Source: Vicugna vicugna (Eukaryota). From it: a stretch of DNA of 64,000 bases. Shown in pieces: positions 23,487-35,500 of this stretch. The stretch covers positions 412,608 to 476,607 of the forward strand of contig MU057584.1 of NCBI GenBank assembly GCA_013265495.1, in the 5' to 3' direction. The notes under the pieces are model-generated. The model was given only the letters and a program-made list of their open reading frames with translations. It was not told where the DNA came from and did no database searches. Both the position numbers and the translations under genes were made by a program. The stretch's first letter is position 1; every line of letters starts with the position of its first letter.

Positions 23487-24155
23487 TGCTGTCTGTCACG
23501 TGGACCCCATCCTGTGGCCAGAGCCTCCTCTGGGGGATGAGAGGGGAAAGGGATGCAGGTGATGCGTCCCTCCCCGCTGGCCCTCCAGCCTCCTTGCTGG
23601 ACCTCAGGAGAAATCTGATGTCATGGAGCAAGAAATGAGAGAGAGGAAGAAAACACAGGGTGACTCAGCTGGATGAGGGTGGAGGAGAGAGATGCTGGGG
23701 GTCCAGAGGGAGCTGATCCTGGATCCTGAGGACCAGTGCCTGCTTGGGGGTGGGGTGCCGTCCCTGTAAGTAAAAGTTCCCAGTCTCTCTTGCCAGAGAC
23801 CCAGAGGTAACTGAAGCTTCCAGAGGAAAAACTCTCTCTGAGCTGTAGAGTGGATGGAATTAGGAATTTAGCTGCCTCTTCTGGGGCCAGCCTAGTGCCT
23901 GCAATTGAGGATTCCCTAGGGGAGGAGGGGTGGCTTGGAGGAACCCCAATGAAGGTGCCTGGGGCAGAGAGAAGAGAGGTAGAAACAGTGAGGCCAGCTA
24001 GAGAGATTTATGGAGGCCAAGGAAGAAGGATTTGACAGGATGGTGAGGTTTAGGGGGAGGCAGGAGAGATGGACTGGAGCAACTCAGAGATGAGAAAGAC
24101 CTGTAGAGTCAGACAGACAGAGATTTAGGGGGAGAGAGGCAAAGACAGACAAATC

Positions 24156-24630
24156 CAGGCATACCATAGACATATTTCAGGTTTGGTTCCAGACCACTGC
24201 AATAAACCGAGTATCACAATAAAGCGAGTCATACAATTTTTTTGGTTTCCAGTGCCTATAAGTGATGTTTACACTCCCCCCCTGCAGTCTGTTAAGTGTG
24301 CAATAGCATTCTGTCTGAAAAAACAATGTACATACCTTAACTAAAAAGTATTTTATTGTTAAAAACACTAACCATCATTGAAGCCTTCAGTGAGTCACAG
24401 TAGTCACATCAAAGATCACTGATCACAGAGCACCTTAACAAGTATAACAATGAAAAAATCTGAAACATTGCAAGAATTACCAAATATGACACAGAGACAG
24501 GAAGTCAGCAAATGCAGTTGGTGCAGATAGAATCGCTGGACACAGGGTTGCCACTAACCTTCAATTTGTGAAAAACACAGTATCTGCGAAGCACAATGAA
24601 GCAAAGCCAGGTAAAGCGAGGTAGACTCAG
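24156..24630 (-). mobile_element. Tigger1-derived non-autonomous DNA transposon
   Basis: caggcatacc...ggttccagaccactgcaataaa at left; tatctgcgaagcacaat...aaagcgaggt at right. Confidence 0.8.
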
Positions 24631-25066
24631 AGAGACAAAGTCAGGAACACAAAGAACTGGGATTCAGAGCGATAATTCCAGTTAGAAAGGGAGAGGAAAA
24701 TATGTTGAAAAGAAGGAGCTCCGAAACAATGGGAGGGGCGGACAGGTGTGACCTTGGGCAAGTGACTTCACCTCCACCAGCCCATCACACTTGGACCGTG
24801 GTTGGCACCGTGAGGAGTGCGCAGGACCATCCCTGTTCAATGCATGATTGGAGGTCTCTGCCAGTGGCATCACCTCTCTGTCCTCAGTCTCCTTGGCCAC
24901 AAAAGGGCCAATGTGGGATCTGGGGCTGGGGGAAATTGGAGAGATGCTATGAGAGCCTCTCCATAGGCAACTGAGTGGATGCCCAGAAGTCCCCCGAGTA
25001 GAAGAGCTCACGGGCCTAATTAAGGTGCTCAAATCCCATGGTTTATTGAATCGGATTAAAACCAAT

Positions 25067-25130
25067 GTGAGAAACCAGAAATTGACGTAACATTGTAAAC
25101 TGACTGTACTTCAATTAAAAAAAAACAATA
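25067..25130 (+). mobile_element. L1 3' tail fragment
   Basis: ccagaaattgacgtaacattgtaaactgactgtacttcaattaaaaaaaa. Confidence 0.75.
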
Positions 25131-25580
25131 AAAGTTCCCACCACTTGAGCTCTGGGGTACACATGGCTCTCTCATCCTGTCTCTCACCATCCCGCTCCCA
25201 GAGTTGAGGGGGAGCCAGGAGGTTCTGCACCCAGACGGTACCAGGGTCATGTGGGGGGCAAATGAGTCTGGCTGCAACTGTAGCTGGCAGAAAACAGACT
25301 TGGTAGCCGTGGCTTTTACCTGCCTAACGTGGGCACAGGACTCATGGAGCAGAGCGGGAGTCACCAATGGGAAGCACCTCAAGGACTCAGATACTTGGAG
25401 CTTCTAGATCTTTCCACCCTTCTCATCTGCTTTCAGCTCACATTCTTAATAGGTTTAACAAGCCTCATGAGTTGCTTCTTAATCTGCATCCTTCGTTTCA
25501 TCTGTCTCCTTATTTGTGTGGATTTCTTGCTTTCTGTCTGGCAGAACTGAATATTCTTTAAAAATAAAAATTAAGCAGTT

Positions 25581-25665
25581 GAGGAGAGGAGAGTTCAGTG
25601 GTAGAGTGCGGGCTTAATATGCATGACGTCCTGGGTTCAATCCCCAGTACCTCCATTAAAAAAAA
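25581..25665 (+). mobile_element. tRNA-derived SINE
   Basis: gttcagtggtagag...gggttcaatccccagtacctccattaaaaaaaa. Confidence 0.85.
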
Positions 25666-26539
25666 GCCAAAAAACAGCCAACATATAGAGGATCCTAGGG
25701 TATCGGGGATAATTTGCTAACTGTGGAAAGTGTTTAGTGCAAAGCCTGGCACGTGTTCAGTATGTGGTTATTATTATTGTTGTTGTCATAATTATCATCA
25801 TCATTCATGGAAAATGGAGGGACAGGGAGAAAAGCCAGGAAGGGACCAGGAGGAGAGAGATACCACTCTAAGGGCAGATATTGGTGAGGGGAGGTTTGGG
25901 GAGCTGGAGGGAGAGCGAACAGATGGCTGGGAGGAGGGGAGAAAGAGGGGGCCCCAGGGACTAAGGGGTGCTCTGCCCAGCACCAGGTCCCTGATTTAAT
26001 GAGGGGAGGGGCTGGGCCTGCCTCCCAGAAGGGCATACGTTTGCATAAGATCCCTCATCTGCATGGCATCCCAGGCAATTTGCATACAGATGGTAGCCTG
26101 CACCCTCCTCAGTCTGACCCCTCCTTTCACCTTGGCCAAGGGTCTAGGGGAAGGGGAGGGGGTAGGAGGGAATCATAGGATCTGTGATTCCAGGAAGTAA
26201 GCCTTTACATTTAGGGTAGGCTCCCCTTTGCTCCTCAACCTTCTGTGGCTCCCTATTACTCTCAGGAACATGAACCACCTTTCACCTGGCATTCAGAGCC
26301 TGCTAAGATGTTGCCCCTCACACACACCCACTGCTCCCTCTCTCACATGTTCCCCTATCTTTTACCTTTGTGACTTTACTATTCCCCCTTCCTGGAATGT
26401 CCTTTCTCATTTCCCCCACTGTAACAAAGCTTGCCTGTCCTTCACAGTCTGGACATCTTGAAGAACTCATAAGTTTTCAGTCCCTGTTCCCTGTCCTTGG
26501 AACTTTACTGGAATTTGTGACTCCTCTGAATCAGAGATT

Positions 26540-27010
26540 TTATTAGTAAAGGTATGTTTCACTGCAAATGACAAAAAAGTTATATAAGTGAAAAGGGAAA
26601 ATTATTCACTCATATAATCAGGTAGATCAAAGGCTGATTAACCTTCAGGTATAGCTGGATCCAGGGACTCAAACAGTCTCATCAGAAAACTCGTTTTCCA
26701 TTTCTCAGCTTCGCTGTCCTCCATGCACAGGCAGGTTTTTTTGTCTCCAGTGGCAATCATAATGCCAGATTTCTATCCTTACAGTTTAGCAACTGCCATC
26801 AAAAGAGGGTGCCCCTTTCCTATTCAACAAGAAGTCTCAGGGCTAATTCTCATTGGTCAAAAATGGGTCCCACTCCCATCCCCGAACCAGTCCTATGGCC
26901 AGGAGATCAAATGCTCTGCTTGGCCAGGACTAGGCCAGGCTTATTCTGAACCATAAGGGCTTAGCGTGGAAGAGGTTACTGGGCAGGTAAAATACTTGTC
27001 ATCAACTCCA
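26540..27010. mobile_element. MaLR (MLT1-like) LTR
   Basis: cttcaggtatagctggatccagggactcaaac...tctcattggtc...ccagtc. Confidence 0.6.
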
Positions 27011-27508
27011 CAGCTCCATCAGAAAGCCTTTGGCCCTGTGCCCCAACCTCCTGGTGGTTATGGTTCTTCAGTGAAGTGTCACCTCTGAGACTCCTTGACA
27101 CTGGAAGTCAACTCAGCAGGAATGAGACTCACCCAGACTTTTGTCAACAAATGCAGCAGTGCTCAGCCTTATCCACATCCCCTTATGCATGTGACTGGGG
27201 GCATGAAACTCCAGCCTGCTGCCCTCTGGGGCTTCCCTCCTGGGCTCACCCCTGCACACAAAAAACAGCTGAACCCACTCATTGACAGACCAGGAAAAGA
27301 GTGGGTGCTGGGGGCGGTGCTTCCTGAAGAATTCTCCCTGGGGACTGGTTATTTTGTTCAAGGGAGAAATAGGAGGGGAGGGGAGCTCAATTTTACAAAG
27401 CAAGTTAGTAGCAAAACTAGCACTAACCCCAGAGATCTTGGCCCTCCAGTCTGGCCCCAAACTGAGAAAAGAAAGACAAGAGTTCTAGAGAGAATTTATT
27501 ATGCACTT

Positions 27509-27992
27509 ACAGGAGTCCTCCCTTTTCTGTGGGGGATATGTTCCAAGACCCCCAGTGGATGCCTGGAACCCTGGATAGTACCGAACCCTACATATACAAT
27601 GTTTTTTCCTATGCATTCATACTTATGACAAACTTTCACTGATAAATGAAGAACAGTAAGAGAATATCTCAATTGCCAGCATCACTACTCTTGTGCTTTG
27701 GGGCCATTATTAAGTAAAATAAGGGTTAGTTGAACATAAGCTCTGTGATAACCTCCACAGTTGATCTGATAACGGAGGCTTCTACTAAGTGACTAACGGG
27801 CAGGTAGTATATGAGCAAGGATACACTGGACCAGGGGATGATTTACGTCTCAGGCTCCAGATTTCATCAAGCTACTCAGAACAATTTAAAATCCATAAAT
27901 TTTTATTTCTGGAATTTTCCACTTAATATTTTTGGACTGCGGTTGACCACGGGGTAACTGAAACCACAGATAAGAGGAGGGGGAGATTTACT
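27509..27992. mobile_element. MER44/Tigger7-like DNA transposon
   Basis: caggagtcctccc...ttccaagacccccagtggatgcctg; other end ggttgaccacggggtaactgaaacc. Confidence 0.75.
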
Positions 27993-28924
27993 ATATTTGT
28001 CCAGCTGGCCTCATACCAGGCCAGTGCTGAGCCTAAGATACACATGGGGAGATCCCAGCCTGCTTCTTGCTTGCTGGGTAGCGTGGAGCAAATAAATAAC
28101 CACTATGTTCAGTGTACTTTACAGTGAAATGGGGATCACGATAGCCTCCCCTTCACGGGATTCTCCTGCAGAATTAACTGACAAGTTGTAAACTGTGACA
28201 TTTGGGTCAAGTCACTTTATCTCTCTGTGCCTCAGTCTCCTTATCACATAGGTGCTGCGGGGGTTACTCGAGATAGGGCACCTGGATCAGTTCCTGGCAC
28301 ATAGTACTAAACACATTTATTAATAGTATTATTACCAAGACGTGAATGCCAGTAATAAGAGTAATGCCAGTAAGAGTCTCCACTACTTAAGATCTTGCCC
28401 TTCTGGGAAGGAAAGCTCAGGTGTGTGGCAGGTGGGAAGGGAAGGCAAGTCTAGGGCGTCATCTTGGTAGGGGAAGAAGCGCACAAGCAGCTGCCCCCAG
28501 CTGACTAGCTCGCGTTCAGAGGAACTGGAACGGAGGGATTTCAGACGTTCGGGCATCCCCTCCCTCGGCCTCCTGCTTCCCGCCCTCATCCTGCACGCTG
28601 GGCGGCCTCACCAGCTCCCCCATGGCAGCCCAAGGAATGTGAAGAGGTAGGTGGGGGTAGGGAGGAGCGGGAGCCGCCCGGGAGGGACAAAGGGGCCGAG
28701 TTAGAGCGAGAGACACAAAGACGCGAGGAGGCTGGGAAGATAGAACTGGGACAAGGACACGGGGAGGGACCAGCCGAGTCTGGAGGCCGGACCCTAGCCC
28801 AGCCCCGCAGGGCCAGCGGAGCGCGGGGGCCGGTCTGTGCTGCCCCCTGGCGGGCGGCCGCGGTAAAGAGACGATGCGGACCAGATGCAGGAGAGGACTG
28901 GGGGATGCAAGGAGGGTGAGAGGT

Positions 28925-29260
28925 CAAGAGAGACGCAGAGAGAAACAAGAGACACTGAAAGAGACACAGAAACACACAGAGAGACAGAGGCACAGACACA
29001 CAAAGAGACAGAGAGGCTCACAGAAACACACAGAGACATACAGAGGCAGAGAGAGACGCAGAGACAGAGACAAAGAATGGAGACAAATGACACAGAAACA
29101 GCAATAGAAAGACACCAGAAGGAGAGATCAGAAACACAAAGCGACGCCGAAATACGAAGACTGAAAGACCCAGAGTTAGAGAAACACAGAGACAGAGGAG
29201 AAGCAAAGATAATGAGACACAAAGACAGAGAAACTAAAAGGGACAGATATATCTGAAAAG
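28925..29260. repeat. GA-rich (GAGACA-type) low-complexity repeat
   Basis: Direct reading. Confidence 0.85.
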
Positions 29261-29329
29261 AAACGAAGCGGCAACTCCCAGTGTCCCGAGGCAGAAATTA
29301 GAAGGAAACCAGGGTACGCTGAAATCTTG

Positions 29330-30400
29330 CACAGACCGGAGAGACAAAGCGGGCGCGGGACGAGAACTGGGGAAGTTGCTAGGCAGGGAAGGGGATGCGA
29401 GGAGGGTGTCTCAGCATGGGGGCGGGGCTCCAGAGGGGAGGGCCTATGAGAACCCACGTGCCTCACGCAGGTGCGACGAGGCGGCTTCGACTAACGTAGA
29501 GCGGGGCAGAGGCCGGGCGGAGGCCAGGCCGTACCGGGCTCCTGGGGAGGGGAGGGGCAGACTACGGGGAGAGCGGGTGGGCGGGGCTATCTTGAACGGC
29601 GTGGGTGGAAACGGCCGGAAGTCGTGAAGAAGGCTCTATAAGAGCACCTCATTAGATGGGGGCGAGGCGCGAAGGCCACCGCGAGTGTAAGAGGGCGTGG
29701 CTATAACACAAAGGGGGCGGGGTTTGAACACCAGGAGAGGGCAAAAATAGAATTCTGGGGGATGGGGGCGGCGATCAAAGAATCCTGGGGGTGGCGAACA
29801 TAGGATCCTGACAGCAGGTGTAGAATCCTGGGAAAGAGAAGGAGAGGAATGCGGCGTGGGGGGTACGGGGCGGGGCTGGCGGAGAATCCTGGGGAGGGAC
29901 AGGCTTGGAATCCCAGGAGAGGGCGGAGTCAGAACGGCATGAGGGGGCGTGGCCGGATCGGCTCCGCTTTTGGGGGGAGGAAAGGGGTGAGTCCTGTGAC
30001 GTCAGTGAGTCCGAAGCCAGAAAGAAGCTAGAGGCCAGGGACGCCGAACTGGGAGAGTCGGGCCGCGAGAGCTGAGCCGGGAGAGCAGAGCGCGGCTGGA
30101 ATTACCCAGGAACCTGCTTGTCCGCCCAGCCGATCGGCGCACGCAGAGTGGCCCGCAGGCCCTTTCCTGGGCCCAGTCCCTCCCCGGGCCCCCCATGGCC
30201 CGGGCCACAGCCCTCCCGCCGTCGAGATTGTTGCCGCCGACTCTACCGCTACTGCCGTTGCTGCTGCTATTGCTCCGGGAAACTGGTGAGAGACCGCAGG
30301 CACCCCCCCCACGCCGTGCGCGGACCCAACCCCCTCCCCACCTCAGCAGGAGGGTCGCGATGATGAAGCGAGACCACCCCTCATCTTTCCTTCTCCCAGA
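29330..30400. promoter_or_regulatory. NECTIN2 CpG-island promoter with GC boxes and a perfect CRE
   Basis: CpG-rich; multiple GGGCGG/GGGCGTGG; palindromic TGACGTCA at 29997-30004 about 190 bp before the ATG. Confidence 0.85.
30195..30285 (+). CDS. NECTIN2: NECTIN2 exon 1 (signal peptide)
   Basis: MARATALPPSRLLPPTLPLLPLLLLLLRET|gtgaga. Confidence 0.95.
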
Positions 30401-33169
30401 GTTGGGAGTCTGAGGCCCGGGGAGCATTGAGGGCAGGGGGTCAGATGCCGAGGTCTTCAAGAAGAGCGGGGAGCTCGGACTTTGGTTCCCTTGGAGGGCC
30501 CAAGAATGACAGTTCGGCGACGGGGAAGGGCCTGAGGGTTCCAACCCCGTGCTGAAGGCTCTGACTCCTGAGCCTCAGAAAAAAAATAGGGGCTGGGGGC
30601 TCTCTCTCTTAGGTCCCAGGGAGAATGAAGGCTAGGGGCTATGTCTACCGGGGTCCTGGTAGAATTGGGGGCAGAAAACGCTCTTACTTGTGTGTGGGTT
30701 CCAGACTGTGAGCAGGCGGCTCTGTCTCCTGGGTCCCAGGTAGAACTAGAGGGAGGGGAAGGCAAGCGGCCTGTCTCCTGGGCTCCAGATTTAATTGTGG
30801 GCATTGGAATGTCTCCTGAGATTCAGATATAAATGTGGGCAGAAACCCTGTCTCTTGGGTTCTAGATATAATGGAAGGCCGGAGGCTCTGGACGCTGGAG
30901 GCTCGGTCGGCTGTGTCCCACGTAGATTAAGAAAGCCGAGTCCCACCGGCTGGGACCCTTCCTGTTCCCTGAGAGCCGTCAGCGGGGACGTCCCTGGGGA
31001 AGTTTTCCCGGTTTCACTTTTTGTCGGGCCGAGCCAGGGCAGGGCAGGGCCGGGCAAGTCGGGCGCTCTCATGGCTCCTGGTTTCGGACTCCCTGTTTCG
31101 GGACCTTATCTTTCCTCTAGTAGCCCCTTTGTCCTCGGAGCCGCTGCGGGAGATGGACGCGGGGAGACGCCGCCCTAATCCCTCTGCTCTGCCCACTACC
31201 CACTCCTGTTCCCCCCACCTCCCATAGTGGAGGGGCGCAGCCCCAGGAGAGGGAGGGGCTGGGAGGAAACAGGTGAAGGAGGCTCTGGTCCCGCCCCTTG
31301 CAGGTGACCCGGCTGTTTATTCCCAGCTGGAAACTCAAGGTACTGGAGTTTCCCAAAGATTTGCTAGAAAGTGTGAAGGGAGCTGGGGGGAGCCCTGATC
31401 ATCCTGTCTTTTCTCCCAGCGTGTCTCTGAATTGTCTCCCAGCTTTGACCCAGGGCTGGGTACTGACTCTTGCCTCACCTGCCTCTCCCTCTGTCAGAAA
31501 TAGGGAGATAAAGTCAGAACCTGCCACCTCTGGGAGAGGGCTCAGAATCCACCCCACCTTGTGTCAAATGATGACTTGGTGCATGATCTCATGGTGGACT
31601 CTGGGAGACAGGCTTAGTTCCTGTTTCCATTTTGCAAACAAGGAAACAGAAGCTTAGAAAGGGCAAGCCACTTTTCCAGGGTCCACAGCCAGTCCCTGGG
31701 GAAGCCAGACTGCTTTTCTTGGCTCTGCCCCACCAGGTGAGCTCCAGAAAGTGCCTCTGAGCCTCCATTTCCTCCTTTGTAAAACTGAGTTAACAGCTCT
31801 TTCCCTGCAGGGCCATTGGGAGGATTTAGAGGTCTCATGGATCCCAGGGTAAAGCTCTTAGCACCTGGGGATGAGGTCTTCCCCTTTCCTGATCCTCCAT
31901 CCTTGTGCCTTTACTCTCTGCTGTCTCTCCTCTCTGCCTCTCTCCCTCCCTCCCTCCCCTCCTCTCTCTTTCTAGGTCTCTCCCTCCCCTCCTTCCCTCA
32001 CTTTCTCTCCCCCTCTTCCTCTCTCCATGCTCACCCTCTCCCTCTCTGCTTCTCTGGCTAGCTAATCTCTCTCCGAGCTCTTTCTCTCTTCCTTTCTTGC
32101 CATCTCTCCTTTCCATCTATCTCTGTTTCCCTATCCCTAGCTCCTCTGCCTTCCCCCTCCTTGGTCTCCACGGAATGTGGGTGCACCACCTGGGTTTCCT
32201 GCTGGGCCGGCTCCCCTCCCCAGTCCTCCCCAGCTTTCACTGCTCATCCATGTCAGCCAGGCAGCCCCACAGTAGCGGAGGGGGATGGGAGGAGAGAGGA
32301 CTGCTGGCCTGCTGTCTCTTCTCGTTAGGGAAGCAGGACTGGACACAGGAGAGGTGGGGGTGGGTCTGCTCACATCCTGGGGTGAGGGAAGTGGGGATGC
32401 AATGGAGAGGCCAGAGATACAGGGATGGGGACAGAAGCGAATAGAGGGAGGACGTCAGAAACAAATTTAGGGATGAGGTCAGAGACACACACAGAGATGG
32501 AATCCAGAGATGGGAGGAATAAAATACAGCCTGGAGTTATAGGGATGGGGCAGAGAGACACTGGGATGGGACAGAGAAAGGCAGGGGGGTGGGAGCTGGA
32601 CAGACATCTGGATAAAGGCAGAAACAGCATAAAGAGACAGACTTAGAGGTTTGGTGACAGGCAGGGAACCCAAAAGACCCCAGCCATCAATGACGGCGAT
32701 GCCATGACCCAGAGACATCAGGGCACAGGAAAGCCTCAAGGCCAGCAGTGTGTAGGGGCCATGGGGAGTGCTGGACGTAGGAGGGACAGGGAGTTGGACA
32801 TGCTGGCCAGCTCCCCCGCCCCTGCCTGGGACGCTGTTACATTTTTAATGCCCCAGCACTGCTGAGAAACGGAGCAGGAGGGGGAGGAGAAGAGGGGACC
32901 CAGCGAGATGGCCCAGCACAGAGAAAGTGTGTCAGAATTGTGGAGAGACAGGCAGGGATGAGGAGACCCAGGGGGCAGAGAGAGTCCGGGGTCAGAGACA
33001 TGGAGAAACAGAGACTGTGAGAGTTGCAGACAAGAAACCTTGAGAGATTAGAGACTCCAGGAATCGATGCAAGGAACCAGATGCCAGAGACTGGGAAACC
33101 CAGACCTGGAAAGACCCAGACCTTAGATGGCAGAGGTATGGAAGAAAGAGAATATGAGAACAGCTAGGA

Positions 33170-33310
33170 TCTTTGGGGGCTGGTGAAAATGATTTGAAAT
33201 TGATTGTGGTGATGGATGCACAAATCTATGAATTTACTAAAAACCATTGAACTGGACACTTCGGGCGAATTGTATGGTATAGGAATTATATCTCAGTAAA
33301 GCTGTTAGAG
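33170..33310 (+). mobile_element. Old L1M 3' end fragment
   Basis: tgattgtggtgatgg...aaaaccattgaactggacact...attatatctcagtaaagct. Confidence 0.75.
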
Positions 33311-34739
33311 AGACAGAGAGACACAGAAAGCAGAGACCAGGGACTCTTGGGAGACACAGGTAAGAAGAACAGAGACTCCGAAAGAGACAGAGGCAGAGAC
33401 CAGAGACCCTAGGAGTTGGGGACACAGAGGGACAGACTTGGGACTCTAACAACCAGAACAGAGGGAGACACAGGAGATCAAAGAGACAGGACCAGCAGGA
33501 AGAGGAGGAGGAGGAATCTCAGAGACAGAAGTGTTCAGATGTAAACTCTGGACTGGCTAGAATGGTAGAGTAGGATTCTGTCTGAGGGGCTCGGCCAGGA
33601 AGAACAGTCCTAGAGATTGACCCCCAGAAGTATCACATCCCACAAAGGAGGCCTTCCCGGATGGTGGAGCCCCTGCAGAAAGGCAGGGAAAGCTCAGACC
33701 AAGGCAGGGGGATCCCCTGAGCTGAGGGATGACCTCCACCAGAGAGGCGGGCTGCAGGAGGCAGGTGCAGAGATGCAGGCAGACAGCCCCATATCCTGAC
33801 AGTGCTGCTGCTCACCCCCCAAAACCGGCTCCCAGATGTCCGCTGGGTGGGGGTGGGCACTGTGATTAATGCCATTAATTAATTAACAAGGTAGCTGAGG
33901 CCAGCATTCCAAGCACACTGGCCTTCAAGGGCCTGCTGGAGTCCGCCATACCCTGCGGTGAGAGGGCAAGTCATGATGTATTACAAGTTGGGAGGTGGGT
34001 GAACCAAGCCACCGTGAGGAGCCAGCCAGGCAAGGACCCAGGAGTCGGCGCCCCCAGCCCCTTCCTCTCAGCCTTGATTTCCCCTGCCCGGATCTCAGGA
34101 CCTCAGGCTCTGTCTCTGTACCACCCACCAAAGTTTTCCCCTGGGCTCATACAGTACCCTGGGTAGCCCCCACTCTGCCCCCACAGGAAGTCTACATCCC
34201 AGGCCACAGGGAGCGGAAGCATGTTTGGGGACCTAGCTGACACCTCGTGAAGATGTCACCAGCCTGGCTTGCCAAGGGAAGCTGAGAGAGGCCAGTGTTC
34301 CCACGGCCGTCCTCTCCCCTGCTGTGGTGCTGGCCCTATCCTGGCCAAGGTCAGGGCACAGGTCCCCGCCCAGAAGCCTGCCGGACTCTAGGGCCTGAAC
34401 TCCAGGCCAGCCATCCCCCTGGTTTCACTTCCCCTGCCTCTGCCTGAAACACATCTGGGCATCAGCCCACACCTTGTCCCCCCAGCACCCCTCTACCCAG
34501 CCTGTCGGCCTCTGTGTCCCAACCATTCCAACTTCTGAACGTCTGGTTCATCCTCCATCCCAACAGCCCTGACCTGCAAAGCCCTGCCCCACGCCATTCT
34601 GAGGGCTCTTTCTAAAGCACAAACCTAACCCTGTTCCTCTCTCTGCTTATAACTCTCCATGGCTCCCCAGTGCCCCCAAGAAAAAGCTCAAACTCTAACA
34701 CGGCCTTAACCTTTGTGACCTAGTGCACTGTGAATTCCC

Positions 34740-35500
34740 CATCCTTACCTAATTCATTCCTTCAACACATTTATGGAGCACCTACAGTGTGCCGGGCACG
34801 GTTCTAGGCTCTAGGGATACAGCAGTGAACAAGACAGAAAGCTCCCTGCCCACTACACTGATGTTCTAGCGGGAGAGATACATCAGGTGCTGAGAAGAAA
34901 ATGAAACAGGGTCAAGGGAGTTTCTGCTCTTAGGCAGATAAGGGACTTTCGCTGAGCAAAAACCCAAAGGGAGGGAGCTGTGGGGACCTGCTGGGGAAGA
35001 GAGTTCCAGGATGGGAGGACAAGTGCAAATGCCCTGAGGTAGGACTTGCCTGGCATGTCTGAGGAACAGTGAGGAGGGCACTGTGGCTGGAGCAGGGTCT
35101 GCCAAGGGGAGAGGGTGGGAAAAAGGACAGGCATAGGATCACACAGGGGTTTGTGGACCACTGTAAAGACTTGAGCTTTTTGTTTTGGTGAGGAGTGAAC
35201 CACCGGAGGGCTCTAAGCAGAGAGACAAGGGACCTGATTTGTAGTTTCCCTGTGGCATGTGGGGACAGACTAGGAGGTACAGGGAGACAAGGGCAATGCT
35301 CCATGGGGGGAATGACCCAGGGGAGAGATGCTACTGCATTAGACCAGGATACAGGCCATGCAGGAGTCAGACCTGGTCCACTTGCTGATACATTTTGAAG
35401 ATGGTGCTAATAGGATTTCCTGATGGCTTGCGTGTGGGTGAGAGGAAAGGGAGTCAGGGATGACTCCAGAGTTTCTATCTTGAACTTTTCACTGAGGTGG
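34740..35500 (-). mobile_element. L2 LINE fragment
   Basis: ttcattccttcaacacatttatggagcacctac...gtgcaaatgccctgagg. Confidence 0.7.

Noticed and set aside
28383..28589. 68-aa minus-strand ORF as first coding exon joined to the 27461 exon
   Set aside because: Phase fits, but it needs a poor donor (TAA|GTAGTG) and shows no recognisable homology.
28794..29256. Arg/Glu/Thr-rich and Ser/Leu/Cys-rich ORFs
   Set aside because: Translation of a GAGACA low-complexity repeat.
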